64,000 nucleotides of DNA, from positions 54,064,001-54,128,000 of the forward strand of contig NC_043014.1 in NCBI RefSeq assembly GCF_006345805.1. The letters are read 5' to 3'. Position 1 is the stretch's first letter; every line of letters begins with the position of its first letter. This DNA comes from Octopus sinensis. Taxonomy: Eukaryota. The position numbers and the translations under genes were made by a program. The notes beneath the pieces were generated by a model. The model saw nothing but the letters and a program-made list of their open reading frames with translations. It searched no databases and had not been told where the DNA came from. Shown here piece after piece: positions 13,093 through 26,900 of the stretch.

Positions 13093-14835
13093 ATATAGGT
13101 GTAGATGTGGTCACATAGTTTTTGCTTCACAACAAAATGGTTCTAGCTTCAATGTTACTGTGGAGCCCCTAGAGCAAGGGTTTCCTCCCATAATCTCTGG
13201 CGAACCAATGCTTTGTGAGTGGGATTTAGTCCAGAGGAAATATAGAGAAGCCAATTGTAAGTCCATAGGGGTTGTCCTGAAAGTAATGCAACAACAGTCG
13301 GGCAGAAGCGTTCCATTGACTTGGGTGGTTCAAATTGCAAATGTGGTAGAGTACCTTTTCTTCCTGCTCTTTGCCATTTCTGGCCAGCAGAAGCAACCTG
13401 CTGTCTTCTCTGTGTTTGAGACGAAGAAGGTGTGCTAGAGGTTCAACATCTCCAGAAGGCTGCAGGTTGCTTATGGAAATGACACCATAAACAAGAGTGA
13501 TGTGCACAGATGAAAGATGCTGAAGGTGAAAGAAGAGGGAAGCCAGCATCGAAGACAAAGGATGCAGTGGAAGACCATTGATGGCAACCAGTCACGGACG
13601 AATGAGTCACAATCCAGGAACTTGCTGCACAACTGGGTTTTGGTCACAATGTATTGCAGAAGATGGTGGCAGACTTAGAGCATTTGTAAATCATCATCAT
13701 CATCGGTTAACGTCCGTTTTCCATGCTAGCATGGGTTGGACGGTTCAACTGGGGTCTGGGAAGCCAGGAGGCTGCACCAGGCTCCGGTTTTATCTGGCAG
13801 TGTTTCTACAGCTGGATGCCCTTCCTAATGCCAACCACTCCAAGAGTGTAGTGGGTGTTTTTTACGTGCCAGGGGAGGCTGGCAGCGGCCACAATCGGTT
13901 GGTGCTTTTTACGTGCCACCAGCACGGAAGCCAGTCGAGGCGGCACTGGCGTTGGCCACGTTCGGATGGTGTATTTTATCTGCCATCGGCACACGTATCG
14001 TAACTACAATTTCCATTTGATATTTATTTAATATTCAAATTGTTTAATATTTAAAGTGTTTGTAAAGTGGGTAATGCAGCAGTTGACGTCTGATTTGAAG
14101 GAGAAAAGTGTGCAAGTCTGCTCTGACCTGCTGGAAGCCAATGAAGGTTTCTTTTCTTTTCATTTGGTGACAGTAGATGAAATGTGATTGTGTCTTTAAG
14201 ATCCGGAAATGGAGTTTCAATCTATAGAATGGTATCACATCTCTTCTTCAAGGTCTCAGAAATTCAAGAGTCACCACTCATCAGAGAAAGCCTCAGGTGA
14301 GTTTGTCTTTTGACAATAAGGATAACATTATCTTCTTCAAGGTCCAAATTAAAAATTCAAAAGCCAGCGATTGGCACAGAGACTCACAATGACTGTTTTC
14401 CAGGATGAGAAAAGGCCTCGTGCTCTTTGATTTGATCTGGAAGATGGTTGAACGATAGACTTTGAGGCACTCAAAAAGCTCAGAGAAACCATTTGGAGAA
14501 GATATGGGCAAAAGGCATCCACTTCAATGAGAAACTGTTGATGAATGGGTGCTTTGAGCATAAATACCTTGTGGTATTTTCTCTCTCTCTGATGCACAGA
14601 CACTCCTTTGTCACTGAAATGCAACAAACTAGCAATTGGCTAATTAGAAATCAATAACCAATTATGTTAATGATTGTAACTGTAGAATATATAAGAAAAA
14701 AAAAATAAAACAAATCTCCCAGAAGAAATATTAGGTTATTTTTTTACATTAGATGTATCCCATAATTCACAGGAAGAGAAAGAAGACAAAAAGTAGTAAA
14801 AATATGAAAAATTAAATTTTATTGTTCCCTCAAAT

Positions 14836-14955
14836 TTATCCCATTCCAAATTTCTTGACTCTTAAAACAGGCAATAAATCGTCTTCAAAATCCTTTGGAG
14901 TTTTTTCTACAATAACCATTTGCCCATTCCTTAAGAAGCTGCTTCCAAGAATATA
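14836..14955 (-). CDS. UTP4: UTP4 terminal coding exon 18 ([20 protein letters not shown]...KKFGMG*)
   Basis: TTTTCAG acceptor, TAA stop; AATAAA at 14823-14818 just downstream. Confidence 0.92.
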   Translation of the reverse strand, partial: YILGSSFLRNGQMVIVEKTPKDFEDDLLPVLRVKKFGMG

Positions 14956-17900
14956 CTGAAAAAAATAAAAAATAAAAAAAAGTCAAGTAAAAAATGTAGA
15001 GAAAGTTAAATAATGTTGGACAAATCTCTCTCCGGACAATGTAGCCATGTGGTTAAGCAGTTTGCTTTGCAACCACATTGCTCCTGGTTCAATCCAACTG
15101 CACAGCAGAGCCTCCAGCCGGTCTTGGGACTGAATTTGGAAGATGGAAACAATGCATATTTCTCTGCTTTACATTTGTTTTTCATGTGTTGAGCAAAGAC
15201 GGAGAGGGGCCCTGTTCTACAGCTGGATGCCCTTCCTGTTACCAACCTTTAACTGTCACTAAGGGACCCTTTACTCCACACAAAATGACAGGAGACAAGG
15301 AACCAACAACCGCAGCCACTGTGGATCCAAAATGGAAATGCACACACACACGTTTTCTTTCAGCTTGTCTGCCAAATTCCCTTACAAGGCCCCCCATCAT
15401 GCAAGGGCCCACCTCTTGCAATTGCTGACTAATACATTTGAAGGAGAGAAGTGAGCAAAAAAGAGAACGTTAAAGCTAAGTGAAGTGATACCTTTCATGA
15501 AAAGACCGTTTTTCTTTTTCTCCTGGCAAAATGTATCAAGGAGTACATTATCTAAAATGTCCTTCTTCTTATAAGTCAGCAGTGAACAATTTGAAGGGGC
15601 TTTTGCTAGCAAGTCAAGCATCATCATCATCATCATCATCATTTAGCGTCCATTTTCCATGCTAGCATGGGATGGACGGTTCAACTGGGGTCTGTGAAGC
15701 CGGAAGGCTTCATCAGGCCCAGTCAGATCTGGCAGTGTTTCTACGGCTGGATGCCCTTCCTAACGCCAACCACTCCGTGAGTGTAGTGGGTGCTTTTTAC
15801 GTGCCACTGGCGCAGGGGCCAGACAGAGCTGGCAAATGGCCATGAACGGATGGTGCTTTTACGAGTCACCGGCATGGGGGCCAGGCGAGGCTGGCAACGG
15901 ACACGAACGGGTGGTGCTTTTATCAAGCAATGATATAAAAACTATTGTGTTGGTTCAGAACGTAGTAGTAGCAGCAGCAGTGACCCATCACCAGTTGGTT
16001 TGACAACTGACGTGGGAGTAAATGGTTTAGACGAGAAAGAGGAACAACCATGACACAGGTTGGGGGTGGGGGTGGGGGGCACTGGTTGAGTGAGTCAGGA
16101 AGTTTGCTTTGCACTGAGGGAATTTCACATTCAATCAATCCTACTTTGAGGCACCTTGAGTAAGTTTCTCATACCACAGCCTCAGGTGGACTCAAACCTT
16201 GTGAAATGACATAGATGGAAACTATGTGGAAGCCCGTTAAACTGATTGTTCCTGATTAAACTGATTGGGCAGTAGGCTTAGCCCATCGTTCCATTGAACA
16301 CCACAAACTGAGCCTTAGATGCGTTCAGTGGAGATCAACCTGCTACTAAAATTCAGGTTGGGTCTTCCACCGTTCCTCTCACTAGACTCAGAGAACCCTA
16401 AAAAGGGCCAAGTGCACTGCCCTTGCTCCCCTGACTAAGCCATTAAAAAAATCATTGTAAAGGAATACTTACCCTGAATTTATTTACGATATGAAAAGCA
16501 TGGGCTTCACCGCGTGATCCTTGGTGACCAAATGATTTAAAATGAACCTTTGGGTTTGGGAATGGCTGAAGAGAGAAAAAAAGGGGACAAAAAAAAGAAA
16601 GATATAAGTTGAAAGAAAGTGTAAGAGAAGGGGAAAGCTTGTTGTGCTCTTATTTGGCATACTTCAGATGTCTTACTGTACTGCAATGGTAGTTGAGGGG
16701 TTTAGCTGCCAGGGAACTCCTTCAGGGGTTTAGCTGCCAGGGAACTCCTTCAGGGGTTTAGCTACCAGAGAACTCCTTTAGCACCCATCATTTTTAGTGT
16801 AATTTCTGATGAAAAAGAAGTTGGAAGTGAAGTTGTTTGTTTCGTTGATGATGGTGTGAATGAGATGTATTCAGTTGTTGAAGTGGTTGTATATAATCTG
16901 TGGTGGTGGTCATCAGAAACTATGTCAACAGTTGAAAAAGGGTGGGGTGAATGTACACTGACGTTGACGATGAGTTCAGGGTATTCACACGGATGGGTTT
17001 AAGTGATATTCTATTCACTGGAGTGTCATTAGACTTTTTAAAGTTCTAATACGTTTTGCCCAGTTTTCCAGACTCTGGGAATTTGCCTGAGTTGCTATGA
17101 GGAGTTGGTGAGTAGTAACAGTTCCCTCCTGACTTCACAATTTTAGGTTAAATTTTAGGGTTTGTCAGGCCGGAACACTTTTGAATTTGTAGATTTCTCT
17201 ATTTACACTTCAAGTATTGAGACGAAACCCCTTATTTTCATCCCATGTGTCATCATCATCATTGTTTAACGTCTGCTTTCCATGCTAGCATGTGTTGGAC
17301 GATTTGACTGATGTCTGGTGAACCAGATGGCTGCACCAGACTCCAGTCTTAATCTGGCAGAGTTTCTACAGCTGGATGCCCTTCATAACACCAACCATTC
17401 TGAGAGTGTAGTGGGTGCTTTTATGTGCCATCGGCACAAGGGCCAGTCAGGCACTGGCCACACTCAAATGGTGCTCTTTATGTGCCACCTGCACAGGAGC
17501 CCGTTCTGCAGCACTGGCAATGACCTCACTCAAGTGTTTTTTCACGTGCCTCCAGCACAAATGCCAGTAAGGCGACGCAGGAAACGTTCACGCTCGAATG
17601 GTGCTTTTTACATGCCACCCGCATGGAAGCCAGTTTGTTGCTCTGGCAACGATCACTCTCAGATGGTACTCTTAGTGCTCCACTAGCATGGATGCCTATG
17701 GTACTATGCTATCCATTCTTTTCAGCTAACACTTTCCTGATTATTCTGGCCATTCCAAGGAGGCAAACCTTTCGTAACAGTTCCACTGGGCACTCTCTTC
17801 CCATTTCCTTTATATTCTCCTTGATGCCTTCTCATACTCTTCCCAACGATCCAACAATTGTTGTTGTTGTTGTTATTATTACTATACAACAGTTAACTAA

Positions 17901-20900
17901 TTAATTTAATGTGAGAGGCAAAATATTTACCAATTTTCAACTAATTTAGTTAATTAGTTTTATCATTAGTTTCCACTGACATTTCCTGCTGTGTCTGGTG
18001 GTTGGCAGCTCATTGTTCCAGATTATTCCTGGATAATTAATGAAGTCACTATTTATGTCTTGTACTTAAAAACTGCATTTCTCTTCGGCTTCTGCAGTTA
18101 TTTTTGTTGTCTGTATTTATTTGAATTATTATTGTTTTGTTGTATTCAAAAGAGTGAGATGTCTTTTTAGGGGCCTCTAATATGTCCTTCCAGTTATAAA
18201 ACCAGACTATAATGGCCTCTGTTCCTCAGAGCTCCCTGATCTTGCACCCCCACCAAACTCTCCCCTTGGGGCCTTCTCCTCACTCATCTCTCTCCTACAG
18301 GGGAACATTAAGGGCATCAAACTCACCAATCTGTGAAGCATCCACAAAAGTCATGGGTTTTGCTTCTTCCTCCTCATTAAGCAAGTAAAACAGAAAGGTG
18401 GCTTGAGGGAATTCGGTTGCTATTTCTAGCAGGCTGAGTGACTGCCCAGATGCTTGTATAACCAACAATAGGTTATACAAGAGATACAAAGTACAAAAAC
18501 CTTATACAAGTGCTGCAATAGCTGACAATTGTACTTTGAGAAGAGGTGAAAATAGTTTGACTTACCTGGTTTTTATCAAGCAGACAGATCATCTCTTCAT
18601 CCTGAAGGATTAACTGGTTTGGGTTTAATGGATTATAGTTGACGCTGGTGATTTTCCTCCGTCTTGAAAGCCACTGAGAATGCCAGGTTTTCTTGATTCG
18701 TTTCGACCAACGAGTGAAGTTGTTTTCTGTTAAATCAAATTCTCGAAACTAAAGAGAAAAAAGCAAATCTTAAAATAAATGGCGGTGCCCCAGCATGGCC
18801 ACAGCTCATGAGCTGAAACTAGATAAAGATATAAAGATAAGGTTTCATAAATAAATAAATAAAGAACAACAACAATAAGGATGGAAATTATAAGTGAAAT
18901 CCAAATCCAAATCGCTGACGTGGCCGATGACAGAACCACCTGATTGGCACTTGAGCCAGTGGAACGTTAAAAGGACATCCGAGCATGATCGTTGCCAGGG
19001 CTACAGATTGGCTCCCATGCTTGTGACAAAAGCACCATTTGAGCGTGGTCACTGCCAGTGCAGCTGGACTTGCTCCAGTGCAGGGAACACGTAAAAACGA
19101 GTGTGGTCATTGCCAGTACCACCTGACTGGCCCTCGTACTGGTGGCATGTAAAAGCCACTCCCAGAGTGGTTGGTGTAAGGAAGGGCATCAGATTGAGTC
19201 TGGTGCAGCCTTCTGGCTTGACAGTCCTCAGTCAAACCATCCAACCCATGCCAGCATGGAAAGCAGGCATTAAATGATGAGGATGATGATGATGATGATG
19301 ACCCTACAATCTAGGTGTATTGCAAATATTGGCATTACTTGGAACTGCACACATATTGTGTAAAGTACTGTCTGTCTGAGGTCCTTGTTGTGACTTGACA
19401 AACAATACAAACCCCTCTGATAGACACAATATCTTCAGTCAACAACATCATGAGACTGGATACTGTGCAGCGTTTTAAATAATAATAATAAAAATAATTT
19501 AACGTCTGTTTTCGATGCTGGCTTGGGATGGACTGTTTGATAAGGGGCTGGGGAAGCCAGAGAGCTGCACCAGGCCCCAGTTGTCTGTTGTGCCATGGTT
19601 TCTACAGCTAGAAACACCAATCCCTTTATAGGGTGCACTGGGTGCTTTTTATGTGGCAATGGCACAGAATTAAGAATCGGTAAAATATCTTAAAGTTTTC
19701 TTATTTCTTTCTTTCAATGGAATGTTCCGTTTGTGGGTTTCTGAAACTAATGTGACAACGTTATCCTCTAACTGGTCCAAGTGCTGGCAACAGAGTGGCC
19801 CTTATTAAAGGCTCCCCAGGGCTGCCTGGTGGTGGGGTTAGGCTTGATCCTCAATCATGTGGTTTTGGGCTCAGTCCAACAGCATGGCACCTTGAGCAAG
19901 TATCTCCAACTTTAGCCCTGTGAGTGAATTAGGTGAGCAGAAACTATACAAAGCCCATCATTAATATGTGTTTGTGTGTGTGTGTGTGTGTGTGTGGATG
20001 CTTCACACTTGTCCTTCTTTTTTAAAGACAATAGGGTGCAACTTGTGTAAGATTTGGCTGCTATTTCCAGCAGGTCGAGCAACCATACAGAAGCTCCCTC
20101 ATTGATTAGAGACTCACTTGTTTATTGCTGTTGGCAAAGCATCAACCAATTGGCTGAGCTTTGCTTTCACGAAGCCACAATCGAAAGTTGATCAATAATT
20201 GATTATAAACGAAACAAAAAAAGCCGAGAGCCACTCACTTGCATGTTGCTGTAGACAATGAACAGGGTCGGTAACAACGGATGGAACGCCATGGCAGTCG
20301 GCATCACCCTCTGGGGGGGCACTGAGGTCACGTGCTACAAAGAAGAAATGTTAATTAGCATTGTCTTTCCCTTTTCTATCACATACAACCTAATTATAAA
20401 ACACACACAAAACCAAATTCATCTTCTCTTCCTTTCACACACACACACTCTCTCTCTTTCTTTCCTACAGAAATGTATCTGTTTTAAAACGGCAAATTTA
20501 CCGTTACTCAAACAACAACAACAGCCACCACCACCCAGACCTTTGGTACCTTTAGCATTTGCACCATGTCTCAGATTCCTTCTTCTCTTTCTTTCGTTAG
20601 TTTTGAAACTCCTGCTCAAAAATGTCAAGGGCCTGTCCCTTAAACCCCGCTGACTAAGTCATAACAAGAATTTCCTTTAATAAAAATGCTTCCAGACCGT
20701 TAGGATGACTGGAAGGAAAGAAATAAAATATTGGAACCATTCTTACCTCTCCAGAAACTGTGTCAAAGACATTGACCTCTTGACTGCTATTTGCTGTTGC
20801 AACATATCGGCTGTCGCTGCTCACTTCCAGCAGGTGTATGGACTCTGCGATTCCTGGTGCACATTTACAATGCAATGCAAGAAGAAAAAGAAAAAGAAGG

Positions 20901-23467
20901 AAAACTTTTTAGAATTCTATTTTGTCTTTTCAGTTCTTCAAAGAATGTTTGCCTTGGAACCGGTTTCCAGACCTAAACAAACACACCAACAACTTTGAAA
21001 CCCCAAGAAAATCCACATCAAGAATGAAGCAGGGGATTCTTAAAATTCCATTCTGTCATTGTCAATCTAGTCTGGACGAAAGCCCCAGCATGCCCCTGCC
21101 CCTGACCCTGTTGGTTGTAAATTTACTTGTCCCTGGAGGTCAATTATGGGTTGAGAGGCTGCATTCATGGTTGGCTGATTAGCTCCAGCCTTTGGTGCCA
21201 AGATGGAATTTAAACTTGCGATGCAACTGGAACAGACACCACAAAGCATCTCCCACACCACTCTCACAATTCCACCATTTCCCAGACTAGAACTTTATTT
21301 ACCAACCTTCTGCAGAGAGCCAGAACAAGACATTCTTTTGACCATTTTAACATCTCTCTCCATTTCACACGTCAATTCGGGCCAATGTGTGAAGCCTTGG
21401 CACCAGTGTTCAACCTGCTAGAAAAAACAGCCAAATTTCACTCAAATCACATCTTATCAGCTTCAAGCCACAACTAATAGGTGGACATGGTAAGCAGCAG
21501 CAGCAGACAACTCTAATCTCAGATAAACTCAGATTAGAGATTAAAGTCTGAATACTTGCCTCAGGAATGGAGTCTGCTAAATGTATCCGAGAGACAAGTG
21601 GTGGGAGTTAAACCTGGTGATAGATTAGTTCAACAACTCATCTACTGGGCTTCAGTACAGTTTCTGCCAACAAATGTCAGTTACAGGGATCACATTTTTC
21701 ATGAAGGGGGGGGGGAAGAAAAGGATGGAGAAGATCAACTTCTGAGGTTTCATGCATGGGTTTGAACCCAGGACCACATGATAGCAAAGAAAACATGTTA
21801 ACCCTGTTGCAATCACACATGTCACTTGAGGGTACACCCTCATACCTCGTCCCCACCTGCTGGGGTACCCATGTTTCTCCTCTCTACACAAAGACCACCT
21901 GTTCTTGTCCCTCTTTCCAATACTTAAGCCTCCCTACGTCCAGCACAAAGACATCTGTCCCACCACCTCATTGTCAAGGGATCTTGTCTTGTGAGTTACA
22001 TGGTGCCCCACCCCCACCCCCCATTGGTGCTGGTGCCACATAAAAGAACAGCCAGTATTCTTTGTAAAGTGGTGGTCATTAGGAATGGTATCCAACCACA
22101 GAAATCAAGCCGAAACAGACACGACAGGCACCAGGCTGGTTGGATCCTGCTGAACAATCCAGTCCGTACCAGCTTGGAACACAACATTAAATTAGAACGA
22201 TGATAATGAACACACACACACACACAAGCCAAATGCTGTAGTCGTTTGTGTGGTTACTTTTATATTTGGTGGTCAAACATTTCTATGGCCTCTCAAAGTC
22301 CACCATTAACTCCAACTACACATGGAATAACATCATCATCATCATCGTTTAACGTCCGCTTTCCATGCTAGCATGGGTTGAACGATTTGACTGAGGTCTG
22401 GGAAGCCAGGAGGCTGCACCAGGCTCCAGTCTGATCTGGCAGTGTTTCTACAGCTGGATGCCCTTCCTAACACCAACCACTCCGTGAGTGTAGAGGGTGC
22501 TTTTTACGTGCCAGGGGAGTCTGGCATCAGCCACGACCGGTTGGTGCTTTTAACGCGCCACCAGCACGGAAGCCAGTCGAGGTGACGCTGGCATCGGCCA
22601 TGTTCGGATGGTGCTTTTTATGTGCCAGGGGAGTCTGGCATCGGCCACGTTCGGATGGTGCTTTTTACGTGTCACCAGCACAGGTGCCAGGGGAGTCTGG
22701 CATCGGCCACATCCGGATGGTGCTTTTTACGTGTCACCGGCACAGAAGCCAGTCGGGGCGGCGCTGGCATCGGCCATGTTCGGATGGTGCTTTTTATGTG
22801 CCACCGGCACAGAAGCCAGTCATGGTGGCGCCTGCAAAAAAACAACCCCCTCCCCTCTTCCCTCATCGTTGTTTAAAAGAGAAACAAAAAGAAAAAGACA
22901 CAAACTTACCTTTCGCTGGATTGATGCAGGTTATTTCGTTGTCTTTGAAATGAAGGATTTGTAATGTTCCAGCATTTGTAGCGAGAATAAATTTGGAAGA
23001 GTCACGAGTGAAGACCATTTGATGAGCAGGTAACAACATGCTGCTGAAGTGTTTCTCGTGTTTGACTGTCGGAGATGAAGGAAACTGACTCGGTCAGTAA
23101 CCTGTAGGAAGGTGAAAAGGTGAGAGGAGATTGCAGATCCATTTATCTACACATTTATATATATATATAATAATAAGAGTAAATGATTTCTTCGATGGTT
23201 TTTAAAAAAACAAACAATTATTTACTGGTAGATTTCGGCATGTAAATATAACCATTAACGGTAGGAACTTCTGTAAAGTTCAGTACATATATATTGTATA
23301 TAAATAGAAGGGGCAGGCAACAGGTTGCTTGGCCGCATACCGAAAAAATTAGAAATAGCAGTCATAGACTGTTTATTTCTATTTTCTACAAAAGGGACTC
23401 CACCTACGACATATCCCTGCAATTCATATATGCAAAACAGAAGGGATATGTCGTAGGTGGAGTCCCA

Positions 23468-23537
<70 letters not shown>

Positions 23538-23892
23538 CATTGATAGACATCCATATATACATACTATGTCGTGCCTCAGGAAAAGACCCATCAAGCTGAG
23601 CAAAACTGCAGTTGTGACAAATACCGTAGTCATGCAAATGGCACCCACACCTGTGGCAGGTAAAAGCACCCATTACACTTTTGGAGTGGTTGGCGTTAGG
23701 AACGGCACTCAGCTGTAGAAAACCATGCTAAATCAGACTGGAGTCTGGTGCAGCCTTCCAGCTTACCAGCCCTGGTGAAACCATCCAACCCATGCCAGCA
23801 TGGGCAACGGACATGGAATGATGATGATATATACATACATATATACATACATATACTCACACACACACACACACATATACATACATACATAC

Positions 23893-23937
<45 letters not shown>

Positions 23938-26900
23938 ACACATACATATTGTGTGCTTTCCAACCACGTGAAACCTTGAGCAAGAGTTTTCTAGGCCTGG
24001 GTTAAGCAATGACTTGTGAATTTGGTAGATGGAAACTGTGGGGAAGACCATATACTAGGCGCAGGAGTGGCTATGTGGTAAGTAGCTTGCTTAGCAACCA
24101 CATGGTTCTGGGTTCAGTCCCACTGTGTGGCACCTTGGGCAAGTGCCTTTTACTATAACCTCGGGCCAACCAAAGCCTTGTGAGAGGATTTGGTAGACGG
24201 AAACTGAAAGAAGCCTATTGTATATGTGTGTGTGTGTGTGTCTGTGTTTGTCTCCCCCCTCCCAACATTGCTTGACAATCGATGCTGTGTTTATGCCCCC
24301 GTAACTTAGCAGTTCAGCAAAAGAGACCGATAGAATAAGTCCTAGGCTTACGAAGAATAAGTTCTGGGGTTGATTTGCTCGACTAAAGGCGATGCTCCAG
24401 CATGGCCGCAGTCAAAATGACTGAAACATGCCAAAGGTAAGAGAAGCGTATTTCTCTGGAAATATTGTCACAAAATGGTTGGAAGCAAAAAAAAAAAAAA
24501 ACAAACAAAAGAGATGAAATGGAGAAGAAGAAGAAGAAGAGAAAGGACTCACCAGGTTTAAATAATAAATACGAGTCTCTGTTGTTGTAGAATATGCCAC
24601 CATCTTGGCATTGCTCGTTAACGCACAACAAACGACAGGTTTGTCGTGTTTGCTCTTCAGCTGGACCTGGTTTCTTGGATGTTTTTCCAGGGTTAGGATT
24701 TCTTGATCCCCTGCAAACATAAACACCCAAACTTAAGATTAAGGAATCTTATAAGGTTATATTCTGTGGGTCAGGGAGGGATGGGGACATGTGTGCAAAA
24801 ACAGGGTGGATGGTCATCAGTCACCGATGTCCAGGTTAGTCTTGGCCAAAGGTGTTCCAATCCCCTGCCTTTTGCTTTGATAAATAGATTTGACTGCTAT
24901 TTCTAGCATGCTGAGAGACCATGTAACATGTAGTGATTCTCTCATAGGTTTATGAGGAATATGTAAACGCCGCCTCGACTGGCTTCTGTGCCGGTGGCAC
25001 ATAAAAAGCACCATCCGAACATGGCCGATGCCAGCGCCGCCTTGGCTGGTTTCCATGCCGGTGGCATGTTAAAAGCACCAACCGATTGTGGCCGATGCCA
25101 GACTCCCCTGGCACCTGTGCCGGTGGCACGTAAAAAGCACCCACTACACTCGCAGAGTGGTTGGCGTTAGGAAGGGCATTGAGCTGTAGAAACACTGCCA
25201 GATCAGACTGGAGCCTGGTGCAGCCTCCTGGCTTCCCAGGCCCTGGTCGAACCGTCCAACCCATGCTAGCATGGAAAACGGACGTTAAACGATGATGATG
25301 TGTGTGTGTGTGTGAGAGAGAGAGGGAGAGGAAATTCTTTTCCCAGTCTGTAGCAGCAGGAGCAGCCAAACATGAGAAGTTGGTCCCCAAAACTATTTAC
25401 CATCTTAAAATTAGGAAAGACAAAAATGGACAATGTATTCTTAGGCTGGTCTTCGTTGTAATAATTCTTGACTAAGGATGACTTGGAGCCAACCAAAAAC
25501 TTTTGGTTGCTAATGAAATTATTTAACAAGATGAGCGAGTACTTACCTGTTTTCCCTGAGGCTTGTCCCAATTCCCAAATTTCAAGGTAAGTGGGATATT
25601 GTAACAACAACACGTTGGCATCGGAAGCAGTGTGGGCCAATTTCTTCTACAAAACAAACCAGGATTGAATCGGGTTAAAAGAAATGTCCAATCCTAATTA
25701 TTTAAAATGATTGCATATCTATTAATGAAAAACTAATTAGCTTTGAGGGCATCAAAGGTAATTTCGAAAACTACATCACAAGAACCAGGTGTTCATATTG
25801 AACCCCAGGAGATACGAGTGAGGCATCAATAAGTAAAAGGATCAGGGTTGCCATTAGGGTGTTGGATAGAACGTGTCTGTCACCGTTTGAGTGTTTCTGC
25901 TCTGAGTTCCAATAAAAAGGCGACCAATTCACAGCAGGGAACCCCTTAGCATTCAGATTACTTCTCTGTCAAGTGTAAAGCTTATTTATTCACATTGCTT
26001 TGAATTAATCCAGGATTATCTCATGACTGAGATTTCAATGATGTGATTGTATATTTTTAGAATGTCGTTGTAGGGTAGGTGTGAGAGGCTGGATCTGGCC
26101 AGTTTGAACATAAAAGCAGGTGGAATATTTGGCCCCTGGATGTGGCTGGTTTAAATGCTGAAGGGTCAAAGGGCCAGGCACGATGCCTTGTGGTGTCTGC
26201 TTCCTCTGTTTGCGTTCTGAGAACAAAGTCTGTGATGCCATTGGTGCCAAGCCATATTGAGCGACATTGGAGGATTCTTCCTTCCCTAAACATCAGTGGT
26301 GTGGAAAAAGGGAGGCTTGCAGGGGCCGGAGGGGGGGGGAACTATAAGTCTTTTTTCAAAAAAAGAGGAAAATGTTGTCCAACTCTGGACATCTATGTGC
26401 AAGATAATACAGTCCATCTTGACCAGTGAAGGCCATGCATAGACTGTCCTTAATCACTAAGGAACAATATGGTGAAGAGAGTGATGAACAGGTTGGGTGG
26501 ACCTGGGTGGATGTGGTACAAGGCTGACTCTGATAATAGAAAAGATAGGGTAAGGAGAGAGAGACAGACAGACAGAGCGAACACCTCAATGGGTGAGAGG
26601 TTGGAGGGGGATGGTGAAAGATCCCCACCGCTGCCACCACCACCACCACATAAATACTGTTTGTCTGGACAGCAGCAGCACCGTCTCTGATGGGGGGGGG
26701 GGCTGTTTCCCATTGAGGATTACCTCTGCTGGTGACATTATTAAAGAATCTAAAGAAGAATCTTTGACTGACTTACGTGAGGAATGCCACTGTATTTGAA
26801 ACATTTCTTCTTGGGTGAAATAAGGGAAATGAAAGAATCAGCTCCTGGAAATGAAGAATGGTTGATATGAGCATTTGATAGGTTGTTAGAAGAGAGATAC

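Noticed and set aside
14040-14630. ORFs downstream of UTP4 considered as its last exon
   Set aside because: The real terminal exon is 14955-14836; these frames are broken and look like decayed TE sequence.
16696-16778. 28-bp repeats of CRISPR-like length
   Set aside because: Head to tail with no spacers, in a eukaryotic intron, with no cas genes.
20112-20200. Second donor CAA|GTGAGT resembling the end of UTP4 coding exon 15 (possible duplicated exon)
   Set aside because: In-frame TGA nine codons upstream, no good acceptor, and read-through from exon 15 hits a stop.
22495-22833. Regularly spaced GGTGCTTTTTACGTGCCACC repeats resembling an array
   Set aside because: The intervening sequences are homologous to each other; these are internal tandem units of SINE family C.
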